A DNA stretch of 58,353 nucleotides from a virus (lineage: Duplodnaviria; Caudoviricetes): the IMG/VR virus record IMGVR_UViG_3300020283_000004, positions 1-58,353 of that record. One strand, 5' to 3'. The translations under genes were made by a program, and so were the position numbers. The notes beneath the pieces were generated by a model. It did not search any database. It was not told the DNA's origin and saw nothing but the letters and a program-made list of their open reading frames with translations. The stretch's first letter is position 1; each line of letters begins with the position of its first letter. This document shows, piece by piece, positions 37,824 through 47,708 of the stretch.

Positions 37824-40800
37824 ATGTCTAAACTCACTGATTACCTAAATACTCTCCCAAGAGGTACAAGACCTTGGGATGCCTGGAAGACAAGAGAGCT
37901 CTATCTTAGAAGACTTCTTGATGACGATCAGTACAGTGAACAAGAGAAGAATCGTCTGATAGGGCATTACATTGGGCAGGAGCCTGAGAATGTAGACGTA
38001 TCGAACACAGTTGCTGGGTACTTAGATCGCACGGCTGCGATGACTAAGAACTCTGCGATGATTGGGGTAAATCAGTTACGTCAATATTTCAATGAGCAAG
38101 AGTATTTTGGTGAACGGGATGAAGTAGACGCAAAAGCTGCTAGAGAACAAGTCACCAAATATAGAGGACTTCAAGAGTCGATCCCAAGAGATGAAGGGGC
38201 ATTAGGTGTTGCCCAAGATGTTGTTTCATCACTCCCATCCTTGATAGAAAACTTAGCTGCATCAGTAACAGCAGGGTATGCAGGGGCTAAGGTAGGTACA
38301 GCTATCGGTACTATGATTGCCCCAGGTGCAGGTTCTGCCATAGGGGCAGCTACTGGGTTTGTTTCTGGGATACTTGCAGGTTTAGGGGTCAACGCTGCGA
38401 TGGAAGCGTCATCTGCATTTGATGATAACTCCAGAAATGAAGAAATTAGAAAAAGACTTGTCAACAAGTATGGAGATAATAAAGACCTAGTTAACCAGGC
38501 ACAGAGAGCTATCGCATTAGAAGCTGCGGAAGCGGTTATGAAGGGTAACGTGTTTGACCCAACGAACATAGCTGTTGCCATGGCTAACACAAAAGGTGGT
38601 CAGCTATTCAAAGGATTTCTTCTAGGTAAGGCAGGCATTAAGCCTAACAAGTTTAGAAATAAATTAAGGGTAACTAAAGACACGATAGGGGGTGTAGTAC
38701 AAGAAGGAGTCCAGGAGAGTTACCAAGATGCACTACAGCAATCACAAACACTTTATCAGATAGCAAAGCTCGATGCAGAAGCAGATCCAGACTCACAAAA
38801 AGTCCCAGACATCCTTGATGTCGTCAAAGATATCGATTATGGACAGACTGCATATGCTGGCTTGGTCGGTGGTATTGCTGGGGGTGGTTTCTCTGGCTTG
38901 CGGTCTGCTGGTGGGAAGTTTGCTGATCGTAAGCGTGAGAAGATACGTCAAGAGATTCGTGACGCAATAGACAGTGGGGACTTAGATCGGTTCAATGACA
39001 CTCGTAATTTCTATCCTATTGACTCCGCAGAGAGAGTTGTTATTGAGCAAGAGATTAAAGATGTTCGTGAAGGTATTCACGTTGACCATAGAGTCGATAA
39101 AGACCTCACACGCTATGACATGCGTAACCAACTCGCTAATGCCATGGCAGAAGGTGAGAAAGCTTTCGATTCCTTTATAAGAAAGAACAGAAATAATCCT
39201 CTCTTCTCTGATGTAGTTAACGACTACTTCGATAAGCTTAGATCTGCACAGGCTACAGCGCAGTCACAAGCAGAGATTGACAGAATTCGCAATCAAGTTC
39301 TTATTGGTTATAACCCAGGTGAGTTTAGTCTAGAAGATCTCAAATTTAGAGAGGGAGAGGGCGGGATCACGGATCTTGATGAAGCGAGAAAAGTAACCCC
39401 AGGTGACCCATCAGGCAGGTTTGGTGGGAATCAGGGTATTGTTGTTGATCAGGCATACACACCTCCAGAGTTTGCACAGAGAACCCCAAGAGAAAGAGGG
39501 CAAAGACAGCTAGAGGATCTGACAATTCCTCTCAGCCAAAGACAACAAGCTAGAGCACAGGAAGAAAAAGCAACCATAGATCTAGATAAAGCTACTAAGT
39601 CTCAACTTATTAGCTATATCAACGATGACAAAGTTTCAAAAGGCTTAGAGATTACTGGGGAGGACACTAGATCTTTAATGAAACTCAGGAAGGCTAAGCT
39701 GAAAGAAATGGCTAAGTCTATTGAGGCCCAGAACGTAACCCCAACAACTGATACCCAAGAAACAACAGCATCTACTCAAGAACAAGTTGATGAGAATGTA
39801 GAAACAAGTCAGAGAGAACCAGAACCAGCACCTGTCCAGACGGAGGAGGAAAAACAACAGATAGAAGAGTTAAGAGAACAATTCTTAACAGAATACAATG
39901 AGAGTGATTCTCAATTTAGACGAAGGGATCGTGATGTAAAGGGAAATCCTTTCAAAGAAATCAGTTTAAGAAAGGGAGATGAGGAACAAGTCTACACAAG
40001 AGAAGACCTTAATGAACTAGGCTACCTCACTGATACTGGTGAGATTATAGATGCAAAAATACAGAATGACCTAAAAGAAAGATTTCCCGAACCAGAACAA
40101 ACGCTCGATCAAGGGGATCAGCAAACAGATACAGAACAACAACCTGAGCAACAAGTTACAGAACCAGAAGATGGTGATACCACAGCGCAAACTGAAGATG
40201 TTGTTACTGAGACTACTGTAGAAGAGGAACAAGACCAAGCGGAACCAAGTCTTACCGCAGATGATATTACAAACTTCATATCAATATTAAGACCCGACCC
40301 AAACACATACATTGTAGACGCAAGAAAGACAAAAGATGGAACAGATCTGGATGCGGTTGAAGTTGCCGTTTTTAACGATAAAAAACAAGAGTATGACCAA
40401 TATGAGATTGATCCGATTAAGGCTAGAGCACTTGGAATTGTTAATCAGGAGAATGAAATTGATGAACAAGCTGTTGCGGATTATGCCAGTCGATCAACTG
40501 AGCCCGAAACGGCACAAGGAGATACTCAAGCAACTCGTACAGAAACTGAAGACGCAGAGGGGGTGACAGTAGTACCTGTACAGAGTTCTGTACTTCCTGG
40601 TCAAGCTGAGATTGATGAGGATGTTGAACCTGAAACAAGAGAGCAGAGAGCGCGAACTGAGAACAATGTAGCTTACATCAATGAAAGTGGGAGTGCCGTA
40701 GTCAACGAAGCTCTTGGGATTAAGAACTCTCAACAGCGTGCTTCACTGGCAAAAATGGCTAATGACCTTAATCTTCAGGAGCTAGAAGATCTTGATGGGG

Positions 40801-43800
40801 TTATTTTTATTAAGTCAAAGGGTAAAAAGAAAGATCAATTCAGATACAAAAAAGGCCAACTTGAATCAGGTAGAAATGATAAAGGCAATAACATCACAGT
40901 CTCAAAAAGCCTTGTCAATCGCCTCAAAGAGTATGCAGATCAGAATGATATAAAAGTTATAGTCATAGATGATGATGCCCCACTTCCTACTCTCGGTGCT
41001 GATTATAAGACTGAGAACTACCGTGTTGCGGTAGCCCAAACTTTCCTGAAAACGTTTGGTTCACTATCTGGGGAACAGTTTATAAGCAAGACAGATACTC
41101 AAGGACCAAAAATCTTCTCCGTTAATCCTGGAGAGACCCCTGTTGCTGGTGAATCTGTTCAAAAGACTGGTGGGTCAGATAGCCCAATGGCAGAAATTAT
41201 TGAGTTGGTTGCGAGTCAGGGAATACGTGATGGATATGTTGCCCCTGCTGAAACTGAAGGTGAGTTTGTTGTTAATCTTTACCTTGACGAAGAGCAAAAT
41301 GTTTCAGGTGTGGAAGGCCCAGCAATCAAGGCAATAAGAATCCCAATTAAAGGTGTAAGCGAAAGCAATCTTGTTGATTTTGTTGAGACACTAAAGAACC
41401 CAGAGTCTAAGACAGAGGTAAGAAGGGAGTCCCCACTCTTCAGCATAGCACCAAGCTCTGAAGTAGGTTCAGGTCGGTATGATCGCACAGTCGTTGATGA
41501 AGCCGTTGCCCAGTTCACAAGAGAATACAGAGGTGGTGCTCTACTAAACTACAAAGTCTACGATACCCCAGAGCAAGCACAGGCAGAAACAGGTATCGAG
41601 TTCAATGCTAATGCTAGGGGTGCGTTAGTAGGGGATCAGGTCTATCTGTTTGCTAAGAACCTCAGAGACTTGCAGACAGCAAGAAAGGTTATCTTTCACG
41701 AATCAATTGGTCACTACGGAATCAGAAACGTTCTTGGGGATGATGACTTTAACAGCTTTCTTGATCGTGTCATAGCGGAGAGAAAGGTTGATGTTGATGC
41801 CAAAGCGAAGAAGTTGCTCAAAGCTAAAGTTATCAAGCAAATAGACAATGATGGGCTCAGATTAGCAGCAGAAGAACTTGTTGCTGAGGCAGCAGAAGGA
41901 AGGGCGAACAAGAGCTTCATTGATAAAGTCATTGAGATCATCAGTGACTTCCTATCCAAGCATTTTGGAAGAGTACAGCCTGATGAGATTCGGTCCATGA
42001 TTCTCAAAGCAGAGAGAGCCTTCAAGACTGGGGAGCTTTACTTTGGTGCAGATCGATCTGCTTATGGTGACTTCTTCAATGCTCAGTATTCACTAGGAAT
42101 AGTGATGGACAAGGGGCAAGTACCCACTGAGTTGCAAAGAGCCTTGGACTATGTAGGCAGGGAACTCGCAATAGATGGAAATCTAGATACATGGGAAAGG
42201 CTTAGGGACACCTATAGCAAAGCTATAGAGCAGAGAGATATGAACGTTCAGGATAAAATCAGAGACTTACTGAATAAAGCCACATATCTTTCAATAAGAA
42301 AAGCATCAGAGAATGGTGGGTATTATGTACTTCCAGATGGGGTTTGGAGATTCCATGTCAACGACTTTGACAATGATGGTAACTTGTTATGGGACTTCAA
42401 GACTCTCCCAAAAGACTGGATTACTGGGGCAAGGGACAATGACTTTGCTTTTGACAACTTGTTTGAGTCAGAACAAAAGATAGTAGAGCTTGCCCAGCAG
42501 GGGTTGATTAAATACAACAAAGCAGAACCACACCCAAGGTTTGAAAGATACCCACAAGATGTTATTGCAATAAGACTTAGTGATTTTGTAGGGCATAAAG
42601 AACTCGAAAGGTTATACCCAGATCTCTTCGAGAGTGCAGAGATCGTATTCAAGATGCCTACAAGCAGACCTGTTAAATTCCTAGGCACTCCTGCTCTCGA
42701 AACTAGGCTTGGATCGGCAGGTTCAGCAAAATCAAAATTCGCAGAAGATGGTCGTGAAGTCATAACCTTTGAGATCAATGCAGAAAGCAACATCACTGAT
42801 GTTATGAGTACATTGGTGCATGAACTTACACATGGTTTCCAAACAGTAGGGAATGCTGCCATGGGTGGTTCTAGTGCAGTTGATTATGAGGGTCTTAGAG
42901 TATCAACCTACTCAGATATTTTACGTGCAGTCAATGAATCATTCGGCGCTCTGACTCCCGAAGAGAGAACCAGTCTTATTGACTACATAAAAAAACTGGA
43001 AGCCAATACAGAATCTCCACGCTATCAAAGAAAAGCTATCTTCAAAACTCAGGTTGGCGAAGAAATAAGACTTAGGACTGGTAGGTCATTCGCACTTGAC
43101 CAGGAGGTTGCTACGTCCTTATGGAATATCTACAACACTTTTACTGGGGACAAGACAGATAAATCTGCGTTCTGGTTTTATCAGTGGGCAGCCCAAAATA
43201 AAGCAACAGCAAAAGAAAGATTTGGTCAAGATTCTGATGAACACAATAGAGCAAAAGATGTTCATCGTCTTCTAGCAAACACATTCAATCGTGGTAACAG
43301 GTCTATATTTGATAGAAGATCACTGCTTCAGGCTCGTTCAGAAAACCCAATGAGAAGCATGGAGAACTACCAGTCTCTTCTTGGGGAAGTTGAAGCAAGA
43401 CATCACCAAAACCAGTTTCGTCAGTCGATCATAGCCCTGAGAGAAGGTGATATGGACACCTTCAGAAAGACTAAGGACGCTGGGGCATTGGCTCTTGGCA
43501 GAAGGTTGAGAATAAAGTTCAGTCCTGATGAAGAGCTTCAGATGCTTGGAGAGCAAAGCCAGCTAGTAGACCAGCCTGTATTCAAGATAGAGGATATGCT
43601 TGTTAAGTATCCTGGTCCTAACAAAAGCAACCCATCTCGTGAAGAGCAGATTCGGTACAGCATAGCAGAGAACGAAGATGTCCCGATCAGGTCTGAGAGA
43701 GAAAGCGGATCAGCCCCAACCTGGATGTCCCCAGAAGAGAAAGCCGTATGGATGAAGTTTGGAGATCCACATGCTGGTAAGAGTATAGGGGAGAAGTTTG

Positions 43801-46454
43801 GGAAGTGGAGAGAAAACTGGTGGACTAAAGTTCGTCAGGGCATGTTCGACAAGTTTGCCCCACTCAAGAATCTATCACCTAAGTCTTACATTTTAGCAAG
43901 AATGAGCCGTTCAACAGACGGACCTTTCTCTGCAATGTTCTCACTCGGTCATATCTTCATGGATGAGGATGGTGCGATTGATGTCGATACCTCCAAGAAA
44001 TCATTCGTAGAAAGCATGCGACCCCTTGGTCAAGACCTTGAAACGTTCCTACGTTGGGTTGCCTCTAATCGTGCCTACGACCTAAAGAAAGCACCCAAGT
44101 CAAGGGATGCCCTACAGTTTCTGAATGATGATGAGATACGAATAGGGATGAACTTCAATCGTGGGACTACAATCAATGCCGTAACTGGGCAGAAGGTATC
44201 TCGAAAGAAGTTGTTCGATGATGTGCTCAAGGACTTTCAAGCGGTTCAATCATCAATACTGGATCTCTCAGTCAAGGCAGGAGCAGTCAGTAAGAAGGAT
44301 GCCGACATATGGAGAAACCAGTTCTACGTACCTTTCTATCGTGTCTTTGACGAAGCCCCAACCAGAAGAAATGGTCCTGCTACTTTAGACAGTCTTGTTG
44401 GTCAGGATGCAGTTAAGAGACTCAGGGGGTCTGACAGGGGCCTTGCTGATTTATTGCACAACACGTTGATGAATTACCATCATCTCATTGATGTGTCGAT
44501 GAAGAACAAAGCAGCAACTCAGTCTATTAGAGATTTGGAAAAGATTGGTGGTGCAACAAGAGTTTCAAAGAAAGGCTTTCCACTTGAGGAAGGAGACAGG
44601 CAGGAGTTTGCTCAGGAACTAAATGATGCGGATGATAAACTAGAGTTTATCGCTGAACCAGATGCAGGGCAGACAGTCTACATACGAGAAGATGGGAAGC
44701 GTGCTTACTATAGAATCAATGACCCATTTGTATTGGAGGCATTGATGTCTATGAACTCGATTGAGAAAGACAACCCAATCTACAAAGTGCTGAGAACAAG
44801 TAAACGATGGTTTACTTATGCAGTAACAGCAGACCCTGACTTCAAGGTAGCTAACCTGATTCGTGACTCTATTGGGTCAATCGCAGTGGCCCCACTTGGG
44901 TATAACCCTCTTGCTAATGTGAAGAGAGGGTGGAGAGGAACGCAGAAAGACTCAAAAACCTACGCTAAACTTGTTGCAGGTGGGGGTTCTTTTATATTTG
45001 GGAATGTATCTGGGACAGACCCAACAAGTGAAGGAGCACGAAGATTAATAGAGAGTGGAGTAAAGTCTGAGTTTATTATCGATAGTCCAGACAAGTTGTC
45101 AGGATTAGAGAGAATGATGAAGACAGGTTGGAATCTAGCTAGAGGAGCATGGGGTAAGTACGAAGATGTGGGTACACGACTAGAGAATGTTAACCGTGCA
45201 GCTTTATACGAAAGACTCACAGACCCAAACAGAAGAGACAAAGATGGTAATAGAATAGCCCCATTGTCCCACCTTGAGGCTAGCTATGAGGCCAGAGATC
45301 TCATGGATTTTTCCAACACAGGAAGTTGGGGAATGATTCAGTACATTGCTCAGTGGAGTCCATTCCTTAATGCCAGACTACAAGGTGCATACAAGTTAGG
45401 AAGAGGTGCAGTTAGTGAGAACCAAAGAGTCCAGTTTGCAACAACGATGTTGGCCTACACAATGGCAGCTTTGGGGCTTTATCTTACACACATGGATGAT
45501 GAGGACTTCAAAGAAAGAGAAGAGTGGGATCGTGATACTTACCACTGGTTTAAGATACCAGGATTTGAACAGGCGATAAGAATACCAAAAGCCTTTGAGG
45601 TGGGTACAGTAACCACTATGGCAGAGAGAATGCTTGAGCAGGTGATCGATGAAGAGGCTACTGGGAAATTGTTTGCAGAGAGAATGCTATTTGCTCTGAC
45701 GAACACATTTGCGATGGACCTAAGACCTCAACTTCTACGCCCAATCATTGATATCTATTCTAATAAGAACCCATTCACAGACAGAGCCATTGAGTCTTTG
45801 AGTATGAATAACCTCAATATAGAGGAGAAGAGAAATGCTTATACCTCAGAGACTGCAACGCTATTATCCAGAATCAATGCAGATACAATAGGTTGGGATG
45901 CTGTGAACTTGTCCCCAGTACAAATAGAATATGCGGTTCAGGGAATGTTTGCCTGGATAGGGACATCTGTACTCGCAGCAAGTGACTCTATTGTAAGAAT
46001 GATAAATGGGAAGGAGCCCCCAGATAATGGGTTCAACTCTATACCTTTTGTTCCTTCAGGGGTGGGAGAGATAGTAGGTAGCTCAGTAAGAAGATTCTTC
46101 CCAGACATGGATAGCCCAAAGAGAAGCACTAAATATACGACTCAGTTCTATGAGCAACTGAAGGAGATGAACCAGACCTTTAGCACAATTCGTGAGCTAA
46201 GACAGCTTGGTGACATAGAGCGTGCCATGGAACTAGAGAAAGAGGAGAGAGTTCTGCTTCAATACAGAACAAGTTACAATAGAATACAGAGAAGAATCTC
46301 TAAGTTGAGGACTCAGATGCAACGTATCGCCAACGATCCGAATATGGATGGGGATCTGAAGCAGATGCGAATAGACCGCATGCAAGCGTTGATTAATGCT
46401 AACATCAAAGTCCTTCAACGTAGAACCAATCAAAGATTAGCAGAAGCTAGCTGA
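37824..46454 (+). CDS. Giant polyvalent (ejected) protein with zincin-like motifs and LPD38-like C-terminus
   Basis: HESIGHYG, DGVWRF, HELTHGFQ, LLGEVEAR, YVPFYR, PFLNARLQG, RIPKAFEVG and LSP.QIEY motifs; ATG 37824. Confidence 0.82.
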   Translation: MSKLTDYLNTLPRGTRPWDAWKTRELYLRRLLDDDQYSEQEKNRLIGHYIGQEPENVDVSNTVAGYLDRTAAMTKNSAMIGVNQLRQYFNEQEYFGERDEVDAKAAREQVTKYRGLQESIPRDEGALGVAQDVVSSLPSLIENLAASVTAGYAGAKVGTAIGTMIAPGAGSAIGAATGFVSGILAGLGVNAAMEASSAFDDNSRNEEIRKRLVNKYGDNKDLVNQAQRAIALEAAEAVMKGNVFDPTNIAVAMANTKGGQLFKGFLLGKAGIKPNKFRNKLRVTKDTIGGVVQEGVQESYQDALQQSQTLYQIAKLDAEADPDSQKVPDILDVVKDIDYGQTAYAGLVGGIAGGGFSGLRSAGGKFADRKREKIRQEIRDAIDSGDLDRFNDTRNFYPIDSAERVVIEQEIKDVREGIHVDHRVDKDLTRYDMRNQLANAMAEGEKAFDSFIRKNRNNPLFSDVVNDYFDKLRSAQATAQSQAEIDRIRNQVLIGYNPGEFSLEDLKFREGEGGITDLDEARKVTPGDPSGRFGGNQGIVVDQAYTPPEFAQRTPRERGQRQLEDLTIPLSQRQQARAQEEKATIDLDKATKSQLISYINDDKVSKGLEITGEDTRSLMKLRKAKLKEMAKSIEAQNVTPTTDTQETTASTQEQVDENVETSQREPEPAPVQTEEEKQQIEELREQFLTEYNESDSQFRRRDRDVKGNPFKEISLRKGDEEQVYTREDLNELGYLTDTGEIIDAKIQNDLKERFPEPEQTLDQGDQQTDTEQQPEQQVTEPEDGDTTAQTEDVVTETTVEEEQDQAEPSLTADDITNFISILRPDPNTYIVDARKTKDGTDLDAVEVAVFNDKKQEYDQYEIDPIKARALGIVNQENEIDEQAVADYASRSTEPETAQGDTQATRTETEDAEGVTVVPVQSSVLPGQAEIDEDVEPETREQRARTENNVAYINESGSAVVNEALGIKNSQQRASLAKMANDLNLQELEDLDGVIFIKSKGKKKDQFRYKKGQLESGRNDKGNNITVSKSLVNRLKEYADQNDIKVIVIDDDAPLPTLGADYKTENYRVAVAQTFLKTFGSLSGEQFISKTDTQGPKIFSVNPGETPVAGESVQKTGGSDSPMAEIIELVASQGIRDGYVAPAETEGEFVVNLYLDEEQNVSGVEGPAIKAIRIPIKGVSESNLVDFVETLKNPESKTEVRRESPLFSIAPSSEVGSGRYDRTVVDEAVAQFTREYRGGALLNYKVYDTPEQAQAETGIEFNANARGALVGDQVYLFAKNLRDLQTARKVIFHESIGHYGIRNVLGDDDFNSFLDRVIAERKVDVDAKAKKLLKAKVIKQIDNDGLRLAAEELVAEAAEGRANKSFIDKVIEIISDFLSKHFGRVQPDEIRSMILKAERAFKTGELYFGADRSAYGDFFNAQYSLGIVMDKGQVPTELQRALDYVGRELAIDGNLDTWERLRDTYSKAIEQRDMNVQDKIRDLLNKATYLSIRKASENGGYYVLPDGVWRFHVNDFDNDGNLLWDFKTLPKDWITGARDNDFAFDNLFESEQKIVELAQQGLIKYNKAEPHPRFERYPQDVIAIRLSDFVGHKELERLYPDLFESAEIVFKMPTSRPVKFLGTPALETRLGSAGSAKSKFAEDGREVITFEINAESNITDVMSTLVHELTHGFQTVGNAAMGGSSAVDYEGLRVSTYSDILRAVNESFGALTPEERTSLIDYIKKLEANTESPRYQRKAIFKTQVGEEIRLRTGRSFALDQEVATSLWNIYNTFTGDKTDKSAFWFYQWAAQNKATAKERFGQDSDEHNRAKDVHRLLANTFNRGNRSIFDRRSLLQARSENPMRSMENYQSLLGEVEARHHQNQFRQSIIALREGDMDTFRKTKDAGALALGRRLRIKFSPDEELQMLGEQSQLVDQPVFKIEDMLVKYPGPNKSNPSREEQIRYSIAENEDVPIRSERESGSAPTWMSPEEKAVWMKFGDPHAGKSIGEKFGKWRENWWTKVRQGMFDKFAPLKNLSPKSYILARMSRSTDGPFSAMFSLGHIFMDEDGAIDVDTSKKSFVESMRPLGQDLETFLRWVASNRAYDLKKAPKSRDALQFLNDDEIRIGMNFNRGTTINAVTGQKVSRKKLFDDVLKDFQAVQSSILDLSVKAGAVSKKDADIWRNQFYVPFYRVFDEAPTRRNGPATLDSLVGQDAVKRLRGSDRGLADLLHNTLMNYHHLIDVSMKNKAATQSIRDLEKIGGATRVSKKGFPLEEGDRQEFAQELNDADDKLEFIAEPDAGQTVYIREDGKRAYYRINDPFVLEALMSMNSIEKDNPIYKVLRTSKRWFTYAVTADPDFKVANLIRDSIGSIAVAPLGYNPLANVKRGWRGTQKDSKTYAKLVAGGGSFIFGNVSGTDPTSEGARRLIESGVKSEFIIDSPDKLSGLERMMKTGWNLARGAWGKYEDVGTRLENVNRAALYERLTDPNRRDKDGNRIAPLSHLEASYEARDLMDFSNTGSWGMIQYIAQWSPFLNARLQGAYKLGRGAVSENQRVQFATTMLAYTMAALGLYLTHMDDEDFKEREEWDRDTYHWFKIPGFEQAIRIPKAFEVGTVTTMAERMLEQVIDEEATGKLFAERMLFALTNTFAMDLRPQLLRPIIDIYSNKNPFTDRAIESLSMNNLNIEEKRNAYTSETATLLSRINADTIGWDAVNLSPVQIEYAVQGMFAWIGTSVLAASDSIVRMINGKEPPDNGFNSIPFVPSGVGEIVGSSVRRFFPDMDSPKRSTKYTTQFYEQLKEMNQTFSTIRELRQLGDIERAMELEKEERVLLQYRTSYNRIQRRISKLRTQMQRIANDPNMDGDLKQMRIDRMQALINANIKVLQRRTNQRLAEAS

Positions 46455-46952
46455 TCAAGTATCTTCGGGGAGCTCTACATTCCTGCGTAGGCTCCTTCGT
46501 TTCTTCTTCATCATACTCCCAAGCATAGCTGTACGTGCCATTGCATCGGCATGTTGCTTTCTCTGGTCATCATCCAGAGCCTGAATGTCTGTATGCTGAA
46601 GCCGAGTAGCTGATCGATCCAAAGCCTTCTTTAGCTCTGCGTGCATCTGGTGTTCAGCCACGGATGCCTGATACTCAGGCTCAACATACGTATACCCAAC
46701 TCCACGTTTGGCTATCAGAAGAATCTTGTGATCAGTCAACAACATCTCCTTAAAGTTTTCAATCATGGTTAAGTATATCAGTTGAGTCTGCTGATACTTC
46801 TGTGTGGTTGTCTCTGGGGTAGGAATCTCCAACCCAAAGTTCTCGTACAACCATTCTTTCGTTACGACATCTCCAGGTTTAAACCCTTCCTCGATGAAGT
46901 TCTGCACTGCTTGTTTCCATTGTGGAAACAGCATCATCGTTTTATCTTCCAT
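46455..46952 (-). CDS. Accessory protein of the RAMP-array operon (possible winged helix + helical tail)
   Basis: AGGAG RBS just after the array; KRGVGY hairpin motif; basic C-terminus. Confidence 0.75.
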   Translation of the reverse strand: MEDKTMMLFPQWKQAVQNFIEEGFKPGDVVTKEWLYENFGLEIPTPETTTQKYQQTQLIYLTMIENFKEMLLTDHKILLIAKRGVGYTYVEPEYQASVAEHQMHAELKKALDRSATRLQHTDIQALDDDQRKQHADAMARTAMLGSMMKKKRRSLRRNVELPEDT

Positions 46953-46974
46953 AAACTCCTTGTGTTAAGTGTTA

Positions 46975-47708
46975 TCCGTTGCGCTCATTTCCTGTCTATT
47001 CAGTTTATATCTGCTCAGATACATTCCTTTCTTTTCTGATGAGATCGCTTACTTTATCTTCAGATGAGCTCCGTTCAAATACGCTCCGTTCAATAAGTTA
47101 AACCGTTCATTTCCAATCATTTGTGGGCTCTTCATTTCGGCTCCTCTTCGGTCAATTCATCTGTTCTCCGATCAATAATTTAAACCGTTCTTTTCCGTTC
47201 AGGTCCACTGTGCTGAAGTGTGCTCCCTTTTTTTCATTTGTGGTCCAATGCAGTGTGTTCCCCTACCCTGCTCTCAATGCTATTCTGATCATCTCCAATC
47301 CACTCCGATCCCTTCCATTTAATAAGTTAAACCGTTCCATTCAGGTCCACTACCCTGCTCTCAAATCGATTCTGATCATCTCCAGTCCACTCACTTCTAT
47401 TCCGTCCTCTTATTTCAAATCCTTTCCGTTTAATAAGTTGAACAACCAATCCGATCCTGTATCATCCACTCAGATACGCTGATTTGCGGTCAAGTCCCCT
47501 GTATTCCCCTGCGGTCCTTTCCCGTCCATTCCAATCAATAAAACATACCATTCCAATCCGCTACGCTCACCTGTATTCAAATCAAATCATCTCCTGTGAT
47601 GTCCAATCCGTTTAATAAAATTAACCGATCCATTCTTCTCACTTCCAGTCCGCTGTCCTCTGCTGTATTGTCCTCCAATCATCTCCCGTGTTTTACAGTC
47701 CGATTAAA
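46975..47708 (-). repeat. Seven-unit 5-nt-periodic array (RNA sense NN-GGA-like); putative guide RNA precursor
   Basis: On the + strand, 130 of 138 pentamers start with T and 98 have C second. Unit boundaries read T(C/T)AATAA-A/T-rich-ACC. Confidence 0.93.

Noticed and set aside
47123-47482. + strand ORFs over the array (also 46782-47039 and 47596-47937)
   Set aside because: They are antisense to the flanking genes, have no RBS and give S/P/F/L-biased translations. A period of 5 is not explained by codons.
46975-47708. Canonical CRISPR array (linker as repeat)
   Set aside because: The conserved boundary is only ~17 nt, degenerate and non-palindromic. The intervening segments are 70-140 nt and internally periodic, and no cas1/cas2 is present.
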